DNA of 64,000 nucleotides. It comes from a virus. Below are positions 40,140-50,400 of the stretch, one piece after another. Location of the stretch: IMG/VR virus record IMGVR_UViG_3300028569_000022, positions 1 through 64,000 of that record; one strand, written 5' to 3'. Made by a program: the position numbers and the translations under genes. The notes under the pieces were generated by a model. It was not told where the DNA came from. It did no database searches and saw only the letters and a list, made by a program, of their open reading frames with translations. Each line of letters begins with the position of its first letter. The first letter of the stretch is position 1.

Positions 40140-41133
40140 AATACGCAAAATTACAAAAACTGAACCTGTATATGACATTACAGTAAAAAAAATTAAGAAT
40201 TTTTTTGCAAATAAAATATTGGTCCACAACTGTTCTGAAATTTGTCTTTCTAATTCTCAGGATGAGTCGTTTGTTTGCGACCTTTCCTCTTTAAATTTAG
40301 AGAAATGGGATGAAATAAAAGACACTGATGCTGTAGAAACTCTAGTATATTTTTTGGATGCTGTAATGACCGAATTTATTAATAAAACAGAAGGCATGCA
40401 GTTTATGGAGGCTCCTAGGAAATTTGCTGTCAACCAACGAGCCCTTGGAGTGGGTGTTCTTGGCTGGCATTCGCTGCTCCAATCAAAGATGATTGCGTTT
40501 GAGTCATTTGATGCAAAGATGCTCAATGTCAATATTTGGAAGACTATTAGAGAGCGTGCAGATAAAGCTACCGAAGAGTTGGCTTCGCTTTTTGGAGAGC
40601 CAGAATTGCTTAAGGGGTATAAAAGAAGGAACTCAACTACTCTTGCTGTGGCTCCCACTACATCTTCCAGTTTTATCTTAGGACAAGTATCTCAATCGAT
40701 AGAGCCAATGAATAGTAATTTTTATTCTAAAGACTTAGCTAAAGGACGCTTTAGTCACAAAAATCCTCACCTCAAAGAGTTGCTCAAAACTAAAGACAAC
40801 AATACAGACGAAGTGTGGAAGTCGATTCTTTCAAACGGAGGATCCGTTCAACATTTAGATTTTCTTTCTGAAGTTGAAAAGGATGTATTTAAAACGTTTG
40901 AAGAAATTTCACAAAAAGAAATTGTTATTCAAGCAGCTCAACGCCAAAAATACATTGATCAATCACAAAGTTTAAACTTGATGATTCCTCACAACGCGAA
41001 ACCGAAAGAAGTTAATGAACTTCTCATATTTGGATGGGAACAAGGAATTAAAACGTTTTACTACCAAAGATCATCAAATCCTGCACAAAAACTTGCTAGA
41101 TCCATTATGACTTGTAAATCATGTGAGAGTTAA
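40132..41133 (+). CDS. nrdA: Split-intein C part (33 aa) fused to the ribonucleotide reductase alpha C-terminal fragment (300 aa)
   Basis: VYDITV...NFFANKILVHN/CSEI with the junction at 40230/40231. Also VCDLSSLNL, RALGVG, LAVAPTTSSS, IDQSQSLNL, KTFYY and C-terminal CKSCES. Confidence 0.93.
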   Translation: MIKIRKITKTEPVYDITVKKIKNFFANKILVHNCSEICLSNSQDESFVCDLSSLNLEKWDEIKDTDAVETLVYFLDAVMTEFINKTEGMQFMEAPRKFAVNQRALGVGVLGWHSLLQSKMIAFESFDAKMLNVNIWKTIRERADKATEELASLFGEPELLKGYKRRNSTTLAVAPTTSSSFILGQVSQSIEPMNSNFYSKDLAKGRFSHKNPHLKELLKTKDNNTDEVWKSILSNGGSVQHLDFLSEVEKDVFKTFEEISQKEIVIQAAQRQKYIDQSQSLNLMIPHNAKPKEVNELLIFGWEQGIKTFYYQRSSNPAQKLARSIMTCKSCES

Positions 41134-41585
41134 TGCAATCAACAAGCCATAGAATTTTTAATACTGTTCTTGCTGGAGATTTATTAACAATATTTTACAC
41201 CAAATTTCCGTTATTGACTTCAGTTGTTGCTTGTGGAATGGTGTTGTTCAGTAGTTTTCCTGACAAAATCGAGAAGATAGGATTAAAACACAGAGGAATT
41301 AGTCATTCACTAATTCTGTATTTAATTCTCGGTTGGATTTGTTTACAATTACCTACATTAATCGAAGCTCAACTCATTTGGATTTCGTATATAGGTTGCG
41401 GGTTTGTTTGTGGTTGTTTAGGTCATATTCTCGCTGATATGTTTAGTAAGAACGGCATTGTTGTTCTTACTAAGAAAATAAGATTCAACCTGTATAGCAC
41501 AGGAAATTTATCTGAACAAATTTTCTTGTTCAGCTTTGTTTTATTAAATTGTTTGTTGATATATTGGTTCTTGTTTACTAAATAA
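41133..41585 (+). CDS. YdjM-like membrane metal-dependent hydrolase
   Basis: H, FPD, HRGISHS and GHILADMF motifs with hydrophobic helices; TAATG coupling to nrdA. Confidence 0.75.
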   Translation: MQSTSHRIFNTVLAGDLLTIFYTKFPLLTSVVACGMVLFSSFPDKIEKIGLKHRGISHSLILYLILGWICLQLPTLIEAQLIWISYIGCGFVCGCLGHILADMFSKNGIVVLTKKIRFNLYSTGNLSEQIFLFSFVLLNCLLIYWFLFTK

Positions 41586-41636
41586 TCTTTATACACACTT
41601 TCCAATGCAGAGGAAATAGAAAGGAGATACACACAC

Positions 41637-41873
41637 ATGTCACATAATAACAAAAACGCTTACGAAATCCGTTTGGAAGTTCTTCAAATGGCTCACGGGG
41701 ATATGAATATGAAGTTTATTGAAAAGCTTAATGTTCACAGAACACAAGATATAAATGGGTTTTTACAAAATCCATCAGAAGAAGTAATTGAAAGCTTGTT
41801 TCCAAAACCAGCTGATACTATTATCAGAGCTGAAGAACTCTATAAATTTGTTGAAGGAACAAAAGGCCTTTAA
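41637..41873 (+). CDS. Small T4-like phage hypothetical protein
   Basis: KNAYEIRLEVLQMA...P...II.RAEELYKFV. It has an AAGGAG Shine-Dalgarno, which is rare in this window. Confidence 0.65.
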   Translation: MSHNNKNAYEIRLEVLQMAHGDMNMKFIEKLNVHRTQDINGFLQNPSEEVIESLFPKPADTIIRAEELYKFVEGTKGL

Positions 41874-41890
41874 TTTTTGAGTCGAACCCG

Positions 41891-41946
41891 AAACCCCTCT
41901 AGGCTACCAACCTGGAGGGGTTTTATTTTTTTTTTTTTTTTTTTTT
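41891..41946 (+). terminator. Intrinsic terminator with a 21-nt poly-T tail
   Basis: AAACCCCTCTAGG-CTACCAA-CCTGGAGGGGTTT, then a T run at 41926-41946. Confidence 0.85.
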
Positions 41947-42028
41947 AAATTTTTTTAAAATCTTTGATAAATAAAAATGTCTGGTGCTCGAAAGAGGTCA
42001 GACAAAACATAACATAGATTAATAAATT

Positions 42029-42508
42029 ATGACACAACTACAAACATACGTCCCTGGACATTATTCGTCCACTGAACGGGTCTTCCGCCATTTGCCCGCT
42101 CTGTTTAATGATAACTGGCTAGAAAACATGTTCGGAGAAGTCGACAAAGCGTTTGACGTCCCGAATGCAGTATATCCCTACAACGTCTTACAAGTAAGGA
42201 ACGACAAGCAAGAAGTAACCCAATATGAAGTTGAGGTAGCACTTGCAGGAGTCGGAAAAGAACATATTGATGTAAAAGTCCGTGAAGGAAAACTACACAT
42301 TAATATTCTCAAAGAAAAAGAGGAACCGATTGATACTATTGCGTATCTAAAACGAGGCATTAGTCAAAGAAAAGGAAGTATGACTTTCAATCTTGACGAC
42401 AAAGTGAACTCCAAAAAAATTAGTTCAACTTATAAAGACGGGCTACTCAAGGTAATCATTCCAGTTGTAAAACCGGAAACGATTGATATTGATATTAAAG
42501 TAGCATAA
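42029..42508 (+). CDS. Small heat-shock protein (Hsp20 / alpha-crystallin)
   Basis: YPYNV, EVALAG, YLKRGISQR and YKDGLLKVIIP. Confidence 0.92.
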   Translation: MTQLQTYVPGHYSSTERVFRHLPALFNDNWLENMFGEVDKAFDVPNAVYPYNVLQVRNDKQEVTQYEVEVALAGVGKEHIDVKVREGKLHINILKEKEEPIDTIAYLKRGISQRKGSMTFNLDDKVNSKKISSTYKDGLLKVIIPVVKPETIDIDIKVA

Positions 42509-42525
42509 CTAAACTTAACAAAACT

Positions 42526-42560
42526 AAAGAGGGCTTTCGAAGAGGAAGCCCTCTTTTTTT
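42526..42560. terminator. Intrinsic (likely bidirectional) terminator after Hsp20
   Basis: AAAGAGGGCTTTC-GAAGA-GGAAGCCCTCTTT followed by T's. Confidence 0.85.
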
Positions 42561-42648
42561 ATCTGCTGATCTCTTCCCAATCCAAAGAAGCAAAGAGCAC
42601 TGACATAGAAGTTCCAAATAAATGTATTGTGTATTTGAGACTTAACAA
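42559..42648 (-). pseudogene. Possible remnant C-terminus of a deleted virion gene (...SVLFASLDWEEISR*)
   Basis: A short minus-strand frame ends FASLDWEEISR-TAA directly at the terminator. The ending is recalled from other phage structural proteins and has not been verified. Confidence 0.4.
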
Positions 42649-42665
42649 TTAAATAATACTACCAC

Positions 42666-43964
42666 ATGGAAATAACACTTAAAGACTTTGAATGCAAAAC
42701 AGTCAAAAGCACTTACAGCTGGGACGAAGGAGTGCCTACAGGTTCACGTGTTGTTCCAGCTGTAAGCTCAACTGATACAGGACGCTATGTAGGATACGCT
42801 CCAACAGTTATTGTTTCCCTCAGTGCTTCCATTTCTGATTTAAATCCAAACCATTATGCTTTTAAGCGAACTGTAGATTTTGGTGATTATTATAATTCTG
42901 AAACAAACGTGCAAACAGCTCTAACTCAAACTGATGAGTTTTTCTGTCACACATACGTAATGCCTGGAGAATATACCTTAAAGATTACACAAACTCAATA
43001 CTCCGTATTAACATCTGAATTAGAGCAACATACGTACAGGGAGGACGGAATTGCGGAAAATGATATATTACCTCATGAATGGAAGTGGTATAGTTTCTTT
43101 TGTGAGGATCCTGAGCAAACTCCTTTAATAAAATCATATTCCGTGACGTGGGATGATTGTATTTTTCAATCGACAACTCCAATGACGTGGAATGAATTGT
43201 CTAATAGTGCAAGAAGGGATTTTGTTAATTGTCCATGCGTTCCATCACCGACTGTTTGGAATTGGTATAACTTTTTAAGCGGAAATTTAAGTGATGATCT
43301 GGAGATTGATCCTTTAGATCCGAATCGAGACGGGCTCAGATGGAAAAGTTATAGCTTGTCGGGTTGTGCTCCTCTTACTTGGAGAAGGTTAATACAAACA
43401 ACTGATTTAACAGAATGTAGAAGAAAAATACCTCCGTTGACTGCAGAAACAATTACCTACACAAAAGAACTCTTTTTAAAAGTGTTGGAAATTCCTCCTG
43501 TTGCATACTTAGAAGTCGTTGAAGTGCAATCTAATAAAATTTCACCATATACTGTGAAATTGTCTCCAAAAAAAATTCGTTGTGGGAGTTTTCCTATTGA
43601 AAGATTAATTTGGGATTTTGGAGATGGTTCTCCGTTGTTAGAGCAAGTTAGAGGAGAGGTGAAACCAGAATATCCGTTTGTGTTTATGGATGCTTTCGAT
43701 TATGATTCGGATGATGTTAGAAATTATGACGTATTACATACATATCGTAGATCAATTGCTTCAGGTAATTGTTTTTACCCATCAGTAACAGCTATTGCGT
43801 TCTCTACAGAAACTCAAGATTGCGCGTCAGCTGTTGTAGGACCTCTTCTATACGAACCGCCCAAAAAAGTATCCCTATTACAAAACAAGCTTATGGAGAC
43901 CGAAGATATTGTGTATACAGGACAAATTGATGATGGAGCTGTTCTTTGGAAAACTGATAATTAA
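42666..43964 (+). CDS. Virion protein with PKD-like domains and Trp/Cys-rich repeats
   Basis: DFGD...HTYVMPGEYTL and WDFGDGS...HTY; repeated W.WY.F...TW. Confidence 0.6.
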   Translation: MEITLKDFECKTVKSTYSWDEGVPTGSRVVPAVSSTDTGRYVGYAPTVIVSLSASISDLNPNHYAFKRTVDFGDYYNSETNVQTALTQTDEFFCHTYVMPGEYTLKITQTQYSVLTSELEQHTYREDGIAENDILPHEWKWYSFFCEDPEQTPLIKSYSVTWDDCIFQSTTPMTWNELSNSARRDFVNCPCVPSPTVWNWYNFLSGNLSDDLEIDPLDPNRDGLRWKSYSLSGCAPLTWRRLIQTTDLTECRRKIPPLTAETITYTKELFLKVLEIPPVAYLEVVEVQSNKISPYTVKLSPKKIRCGSFPIERLIWDFGDGSPLLEQVRGEVKPEYPFVFMDAFDYDSDDVRNYDVLHTYRRSIASGNCFYPSVTAIAFSTETQDCASAVVGPLLYEPPKKVSLLQNKLMETEDIVYTGQIDDGAVLWKTDN

Positions 43965-43979
43965 AGCAACTAACGTAAT

Positions 43980-44885
43980 ATGATAACAAAACACTTATCT
44001 TTATCAGCTTTTGACCCAATTAAACTGGCGTATAAATATAGCACGACTGGAGATCTTAAAGCTGAATATAAAGAGTTTAGAAATGGAATGAGATATTATG
44101 ATCATGATGCTTTAAAACAGTTTGCTGATGTATCACTCAGCAACGAAAGCGCTCTAATACTAACTAGAACTCTTTCGTTAAATTCAATTTTTGAAGAACA
44201 ACAGAAAATATTGTCTGTTAGTGAGTTATGTGGTATGTTTGTTTTATTTGCAAAAGACACCCCGTTTCTTGGTGGCGATACTGAAGTCAACTACTTTAAT
44301 GGGCAGTTTTGCATTGGAGGAAAGGGAGAGCAAGCAATTTTTAATATCGTTCCAGCAAAAGACAATAAAGTATATTTGAAAGTTAATTACAAACGAGTAC
44401 AAGTAGCTGAACAGTATCCATACGAGGTGTATTTATCTGACGACAAATTGCCTGACAACGAGTCAAACAGAGAGTTGTTTGAAGTATCATATAGGAATAA
44501 AAAGTTTGCAATAAAAACACAAACTAAAGAAGGAACACGGTTTTTATCGTTTGGGACAGATCGCATTTTAAGGGGAGTGGGATTGGAGTTAAATAAATCA
44601 ATAATAAATCCGTATCACTTTGATGTAAAATTTCTCAGCTTTTCTTCGATTGCATATGGTTCTGATTATGATACAAAGGAAGTGAAATATTATAACACTA
44701 ACGAATCGTTACTGGAAAAGAAAGCTTTAAATATTAAGGCACATAAAGGTCAGAACACAAATATATTATTTGATTTTCCTGTTATTCAAACTCAAACAAC
44801 AACAAATGTTGGAGTAAACATGGCTGTATTAAAAACAAACTTCACATCAACAGGTACATTTAACTCCTCGTTAAGCTCACAATGA
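43980..44885 (+). CDS. Hypothetical virion-cluster protein
   Basis: 301-aa ORF co-oriented with and coupled to the LamG gene. Confidence 0.5.
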   Translation: MITKHLSLSAFDPIKLAYKYSTTGDLKAEYKEFRNGMRYYDHDALKQFADVSLSNESALILTRTLSLNSIFEEQQKILSVSELCGMFVLFAKDTPFLGGDTEVNYFNGQFCIGGKGEQAIFNIVPAKDNKVYLKVNYKRVQVAEQYPYEVYLSDDKLPDNESNRELFEVSYRNKKFAIKTQTKEGTRFLSFGTDRILRGVGLELNKSIINPYHFDVKFLSFSSIAYGSDYDTKEVKYYNTNESLLEKKALNIKAHKGQNTNILFDFPVIQTQTTTNVGVNMAVLKTNFTSTGTFNSSLSSQ

Positions 44886-47404
44886 AACAGCGCATTTACA
44901 ACAAATTATACGTAAATAAAAATAGGACCGATGGGTCAGAAAAGGTACTGTTGGGGTATCGATATAATGAGCGAGAGATCGTATTCAAAAAAGACCAAGA
45001 AACGTTTTTTCACGTTCCAGTATATGCTACGCCAATCCGCTTATCAGAGTCTAGCTTAATAACCAACGGAGCAACTGCTGGGACATTTCCTGCTGCTTCT
45101 GATAGAATTTTTAAAAATCTCAAAAGCTATGGAGATGTTACTCCTTACGGTAATCCGTCATTTAGCATTGAAGGGGGATATACTCCTTATGATAATCCTA
45201 CTGGAGGAGGTCCTGCAAACGGTACGTGGTTTTGCAGTTGGTTAAAATATGATGTAAAAACTGGCCTGGTTGGATGGGTAGATAGATTTTATAATCCAGG
45301 ACGATTTGTTTATGAACAAGCTGAACAAGATTTAAATAAACTTCCTACATATGAGAATCATAACCCAACTTTTGAAGATATTCCTTCAACGTTGGTGTTT
45401 GAACCTCAGGTTCTTTATAAATATTTCCACGTAGGCGATCAAACAGCAGCTGAATTACTAACTTCATTTGAAGGGGTTAGCAGTCAATATCTCGGTCTGC
45501 ATTTAAAAAATTGGGGAAATGAAAATGTAGATGAGTCTACAAATAAAGTCCGCGTTACAGTATCGTCTAAAGCTCCTAATGATACGCTATATTCTCCAGC
45601 TTTAACTAATCCTTTGGTGATGGCACCTTCGATAAATTTTAACCACAACTACAACGTGGTTGCTCAGTCTGAGTGGGCATCTTCATATACTACAGAACAA
45701 GAATTTACTTGGTCGTTTTGGGCTCATTCTGAAAATTGGCAAACAAACGTTAGTACACAATTGTTTGGAAATTATTCTGTAGCAGGAGAAGGAATAGGAA
45801 TTTTTATTGATACTTTAGAATCGTTTCCGTTTATTGTAATACCTGAAACTACGTATGGTAGATTATTGTTTATTAACGAAGGTTTAGAAGGATATTTGGA
45901 TAAGGCTGTGTCGGGTGCACAATCAATTTTAGCTCCACCAAGTTGCTTTGTAATTAATTCTGAACGAGAGTTAATAGTATGTAATAATGACCGAGCTGCT
46001 GGAATTTACAAATTTGATCATACAGGAAACGTATTAAGCACTACAAAAAATTTAAATAACCGTTCTAACTTTTTTGTATTTCCGGGACAATATGAAAAAC
46101 CAAAGCAAGTGCTTTGTGGACCAACTGACTCAATATATATCATTACAAATGAAGGATACTACCATTTTGATAAAAACTTGAATTTCTTGTGGTCTGTACC
46201 AAACAATACGAAAAATGTTGTTGGAGCGTTTAGCTATACGCTATCAGGAGACGCCAAATTTGAGTTGGTTTCGGATGTTTATGATGTGAAATTTATCGAA
46301 TCTGATAAATGGTCTCTAGAGAGAAGAGACGGTTGTCTATATAAAAACGATAAGCGAGTCTATGTGTTTGATGATATAGCCACGACTTTAGCAGTAAGTC
46401 CGGACGACAAATTGTGGGTCGCTCACGGAGAAAATATTATCGATATTATCGATCCAGTAACAATGGAATCATCAACATTTACTGTGGGTACTGTTAAACG
46501 AGCATCTGATGCAATAAAAACCATTACGTTTTTTAAAAAATATATTAGAGAGAAAAATACGACATCGTGGAGCGGTCTTGTATTATACTCCGATGAGCAA
46601 GTATTATACTCATGCGATTTAACTGGATTGGTCAAGAGTAGAGTTAAGTTGATAGATCTACTTGATTACAACCAATTACAACAACAAAAGCAAACTGAAG
46701 AAAATTCGACATTTAATGCATTAGGGGATATGACTGGATATGAGCGAAACCGCACAATAAACTCCACTAATCCTATTGCAAATCAACCGCAGTTAAAACT
46801 AAAAATTTCACATCGAGATGTCTCTAAACTTATTCCTGTATTCGAAACGTCTATATTCTCTACATCGATTACAGACTGGACTTTGAATAGCTGGCAGCAT
46901 TTTTCAGTAATTTTTAAAAATAAAACATTGCAGCTATTTATAAACGCTGAGAAAGTTGGACAAATAGTATTAAAAGGCAATCAACGAATCACAAATATAT
47001 ATCAAAATGCTTTTTTTATAGGAATAGAAGCTGGATATAAATTCGGGTTAAATAAAGAGATTGGATATGTATCCGGGATTTTTAACGGGAAGATCAGTGA
47101 TATCAGAGTGTTTAATTATGCTTTTAATCCATATGATTTAAAGGCGTTTATTAATGCAAGTGCGGTTGGTGAGGATTTATTTTGGCAAGTTCCGATGCCG
47201 ATGACTCAATATGTAGAGCAAATAAATCGCTTTTTTAAACACAAGCTTCCTGGAGCAAAATCGCAAATGTTTAACATAAAATTACACGGGACTCAAGTGA
47301 CTGATCCTACTACTCAACGTTTAATAGAAGAAGAAATCAAAGCACTCGTAACCGAACAAAAACCTGCATATACTGATTTATTAAATTTTCAGTGGATAAG
47401 TTAA
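44882..47404 (+). CDS. Virion protein with LamG/concanavalin-like domain and propeller repeats
   Basis: FTWSFW, WQHFSVIF...LQLFINAE and FNGKISDIRVFNYAF LamG motifs. Confidence 0.7.
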   Translation: MKQRIYNKLYVNKNRTDGSEKVLLGYRYNEREIVFKKDQETFFHVPVYATPIRLSESSLITNGATAGTFPAASDRIFKNLKSYGDVTPYGNPSFSIEGGYTPYDNPTGGGPANGTWFCSWLKYDVKTGLVGWVDRFYNPGRFVYEQAEQDLNKLPTYENHNPTFEDIPSTLVFEPQVLYKYFHVGDQTAAELLTSFEGVSSQYLGLHLKNWGNENVDESTNKVRVTVSSKAPNDTLYSPALTNPLVMAPSINFNHNYNVVAQSEWASSYTTEQEFTWSFWAHSENWQTNVSTQLFGNYSVAGEGIGIFIDTLESFPFIVIPETTYGRLLFINEGLEGYLDKAVSGAQSILAPPSCFVINSERELIVCNNDRAAGIYKFDHTGNVLSTTKNLNNRSNFFVFPGQYEKPKQVLCGPTDSIYIITNEGYYHFDKNLNFLWSVPNNTKNVVGAFSYTLSGDAKFELVSDVYDVKFIESDKWSLERRDGCLYKNDKRVYVFDDIATTLAVSPDDKLWVAHGENIIDIIDPVTMESSTFTVGTVKRASDAIKTITFFKKYIREKNTTSWSGLVLYSDEQVLYSCDLTGLVKSRVKLIDLLDYNQLQQQKQTEENSTFNALGDMTGYERNRTINSTNPIANQPQLKLKISHRDVSKLIPVFETSIFSTSITDWTLNSWQHFSVIFKNKTLQLFINAEKVGQIVLKGNQRITNIYQNAFFIGIEAGYKFGLNKEIGYVSGIFNGKISDIRVFNYAFNPYDLKAFINASAVGEDLFWQVPMPMTQYVEQINRFFKHKLPGAKSQMFNIKLHGTQVTDPTTQRLIEEEIKALVTEQKPAYTDLLNFQWIS

Positions 47405-47425
47405 GCATTTACATAATTACTTTAA

Positions 47426-50400
47426 ATGTCTTTAAATCTTTTTTTAAACTATGAGCACACAAACAGTGAAGGGCTTTTTTATAGAGAAGTTAGCACTAGC
47501 TCTTTTACCGTTTTAGCACAAATCAAGTTTGCTGATACGGCTCTACCCATTCCCGCTCGGTATTCCGCAACATACAATCTTAATGACGGAAACGATGAAT
47601 CGTTTAATTTAATTACAGGACAACAATTAACATTTGATAGAACAAACCCTTGCGTTTCTTCTGTTAATGTAACAATTAAAGACGGAGACGGAACGCTGCT
47701 TCACACGTTGAGTTTATCATCTAAGTTCGTGAGTCAATTCCCGACAGTTTCGTTTATTGCGTATCCTCAACATTATATAGATGAAAATGAAGCTGTATTA
47801 AAGACATTGGATGATACTAATTGGTATGCTGATTCTCCTGGTGTTTATTTTTATGGTGAAGGTCATACTGAAACAATTAAGCTTTCTGCAAAAGCAACAA
47901 ATGCTCCATCATCATCAACAACTATTACATGGTTGATAGGTAACAATTTTAGTGATCTGTCAGCAAATTCTCAGATTTCTGCCACAACAATTGGAAATAC
48001 AAACACCGCCACTGTTGAAATATCTTCTGCGAGTGAAAGTAATTTGTTAATACCTATTAGCGTATATGCTACCAATGGTGAGATCGAGCAAGGCGGCCCA
48101 GTGGTCCAATATGATGACACTACTGGTGAAAAATCTTTTTATCCGTTTTTTGCTACTTCTTTAAATACTGACGGCTTACCAGTAAGTGGAGATAGAACTT
48201 GTGGATCTATACGTGTAAAACCATATCCTTCAGATAATTTATATATATTTAATTCTCCTTTCGTATCTAATGAAATTGCTTTACCGTTAAACCGCACTCA
48301 TCAAAAATTTAAAGCATCTATAATAAAAAACTCAAACAGTTCTAAGATTCTTACTTCAACTCTCAGTAGTACTACTTGGGAGATTAAGGAGTTTTCAAAA
48401 ATTGGTGATTGGTCATACAAGACACGTGCACTAAGTGATATTAGTATATATGAGTTTCCGTTAACATATAGTGAAACAGTCGTTGGTGAATCTTTAATGC
48501 CACTTTATGTTCCTCTAGGAGAAAAGACTACTGTTACGTTAGCGGTTTCATCAGCTTCTAGAATAGAATTTATATATCCCCCAGGTGATTGGATTCCACG
48601 CAATGCTCACATCGAACAGCACCAAGCAATAACTCAAATACTACCTATTCCGTTTGCTGAATTATTCATATCAAATTATTTTGTTGAAAAATCAACGGAA
48701 CTTGTAATTAACAGTATTAGAATTTATGCTGATGTTGTATTGGAATTGAGTTCAATCTCTCTGAGGACTGACGACAATAACAAAAAATATGTGATTGATC
48801 CAGAAATGTTAGAATTTCCGCAAAGCATTTCTTTTACAAAGCTGGGGAAACGTACCATTTTTGTTGAAATGACATTTCTAAATACAAATACAAACGAATT
48901 ACAAGTAATTGAAAATTCGTTTGAGGGTATTGTTGATGTAGTAGAATCTATCAATACGATATTCACAGAGGAAAGTCCTCAAGAATACAGAACGGAAAGC
49001 TCGCCGGTAACCTTTTCTTATGCATCTTCAGCAGTTCCTCTGATTGCACCAAATGACTGGACAATTGCAGACAACGTGAATTGCATAATTTCGGAAATTT
49101 ACAATTTAATTGAAAGCGTATTTAATCACACGACTGTATATACTAAGAATGACGTGTTTCTGGGGTGGTTGGGTAGTGATAAGTATGCTTGGAGTGATCT
49201 ACAGTGTTTTTCGAACATAATTACTACTACTCAGTGGTCAAAGTATGTCACTGAAGCAACTATTGATCAACCAGAACCCGAACAATTAGTATGGAATGAC
49301 AATACATGCATAAATTCTGTGGTTGATCCGTTCTGTATTCAGAAATATTGTATAGAGTGGAAATGGTCATCACGAACCAGAAAAAAATCCGATTTATTTG
49401 TAACGTGGCGTTCTGCGTTGTCTGGTGAATCATACAATAAAAAATGGAAATATGAGCCCTGTGAATTGAATCAAATCACACTAACATGCCCAATTGGTAA
49501 ATGGCATACATCAACGTTAGATAAAGCATTGTTCCCAAAGCCTTTTTGTAGTGCAACACCTGAATGTTCAATCATTAGCTTTGCTGTAACAAATCAAGGA
49601 AAATATGTGATTGCAAGAGAAACGGAAGTTCTCGTACTAGATAATGCAGATGTTCCTGTAACACTAGCAAAACACACTTTTGCAGATGAGATTTTTGTAT
49701 TTTCTAAAATAGTGAAAATGGAACTGAGCAGAGAGAGTTTGCTGTATGTATTGGATTCAGGTATTCCGAGAGTATCAGTACTTAGTATAAGACCGAATGA
49801 CGCTATTTTGTTGTCAGAATCTTGGGGAAAGCTTGGATCAGCTTCTAATCCATACGGATTTAAAAATCCACAAGATCTACACATAACAGATGATCTAGAG
49901 ATCATAATTGCTGATACTGGAAACAAGTGTATCAAAACATATACTTCTTCAGGAAAGCATAAAGACACATTTATCGATGAGCGGTTTCAAATAAATCCCC
50001 CTTTAAGTATTGCGACTGATAGCCGAGGCGAATTACATGTTTTAATCCAAGACCGAGTATTGGTATATGACTCAGACAATATATTTGTTCGAGAGTATTT
50101 ACTGTCGTCTGATGTTCAAAATCCTAAAAAACTTGTATTTTCTAATAACAGAGAAATTTGTTATATTACCCATGATGTTGGAGTAATAAAATATTTTAGA
50201 AACGGTGTATTATTTGGAAATTTAATTAAAGATTTAGTTTGTAATAATGAGGAGATGCTAACTGGGTTTAATGATGTTATTCACGATATTGAAAATAATG
50301 TATACGTTTCTGTTAAAGACAAAGTATTGAAATATGCAGATAGAATGGAAGTTGTTCATAAATCTTCACTCAATACAGAACTGTACTGGAGTCTGTCTGA

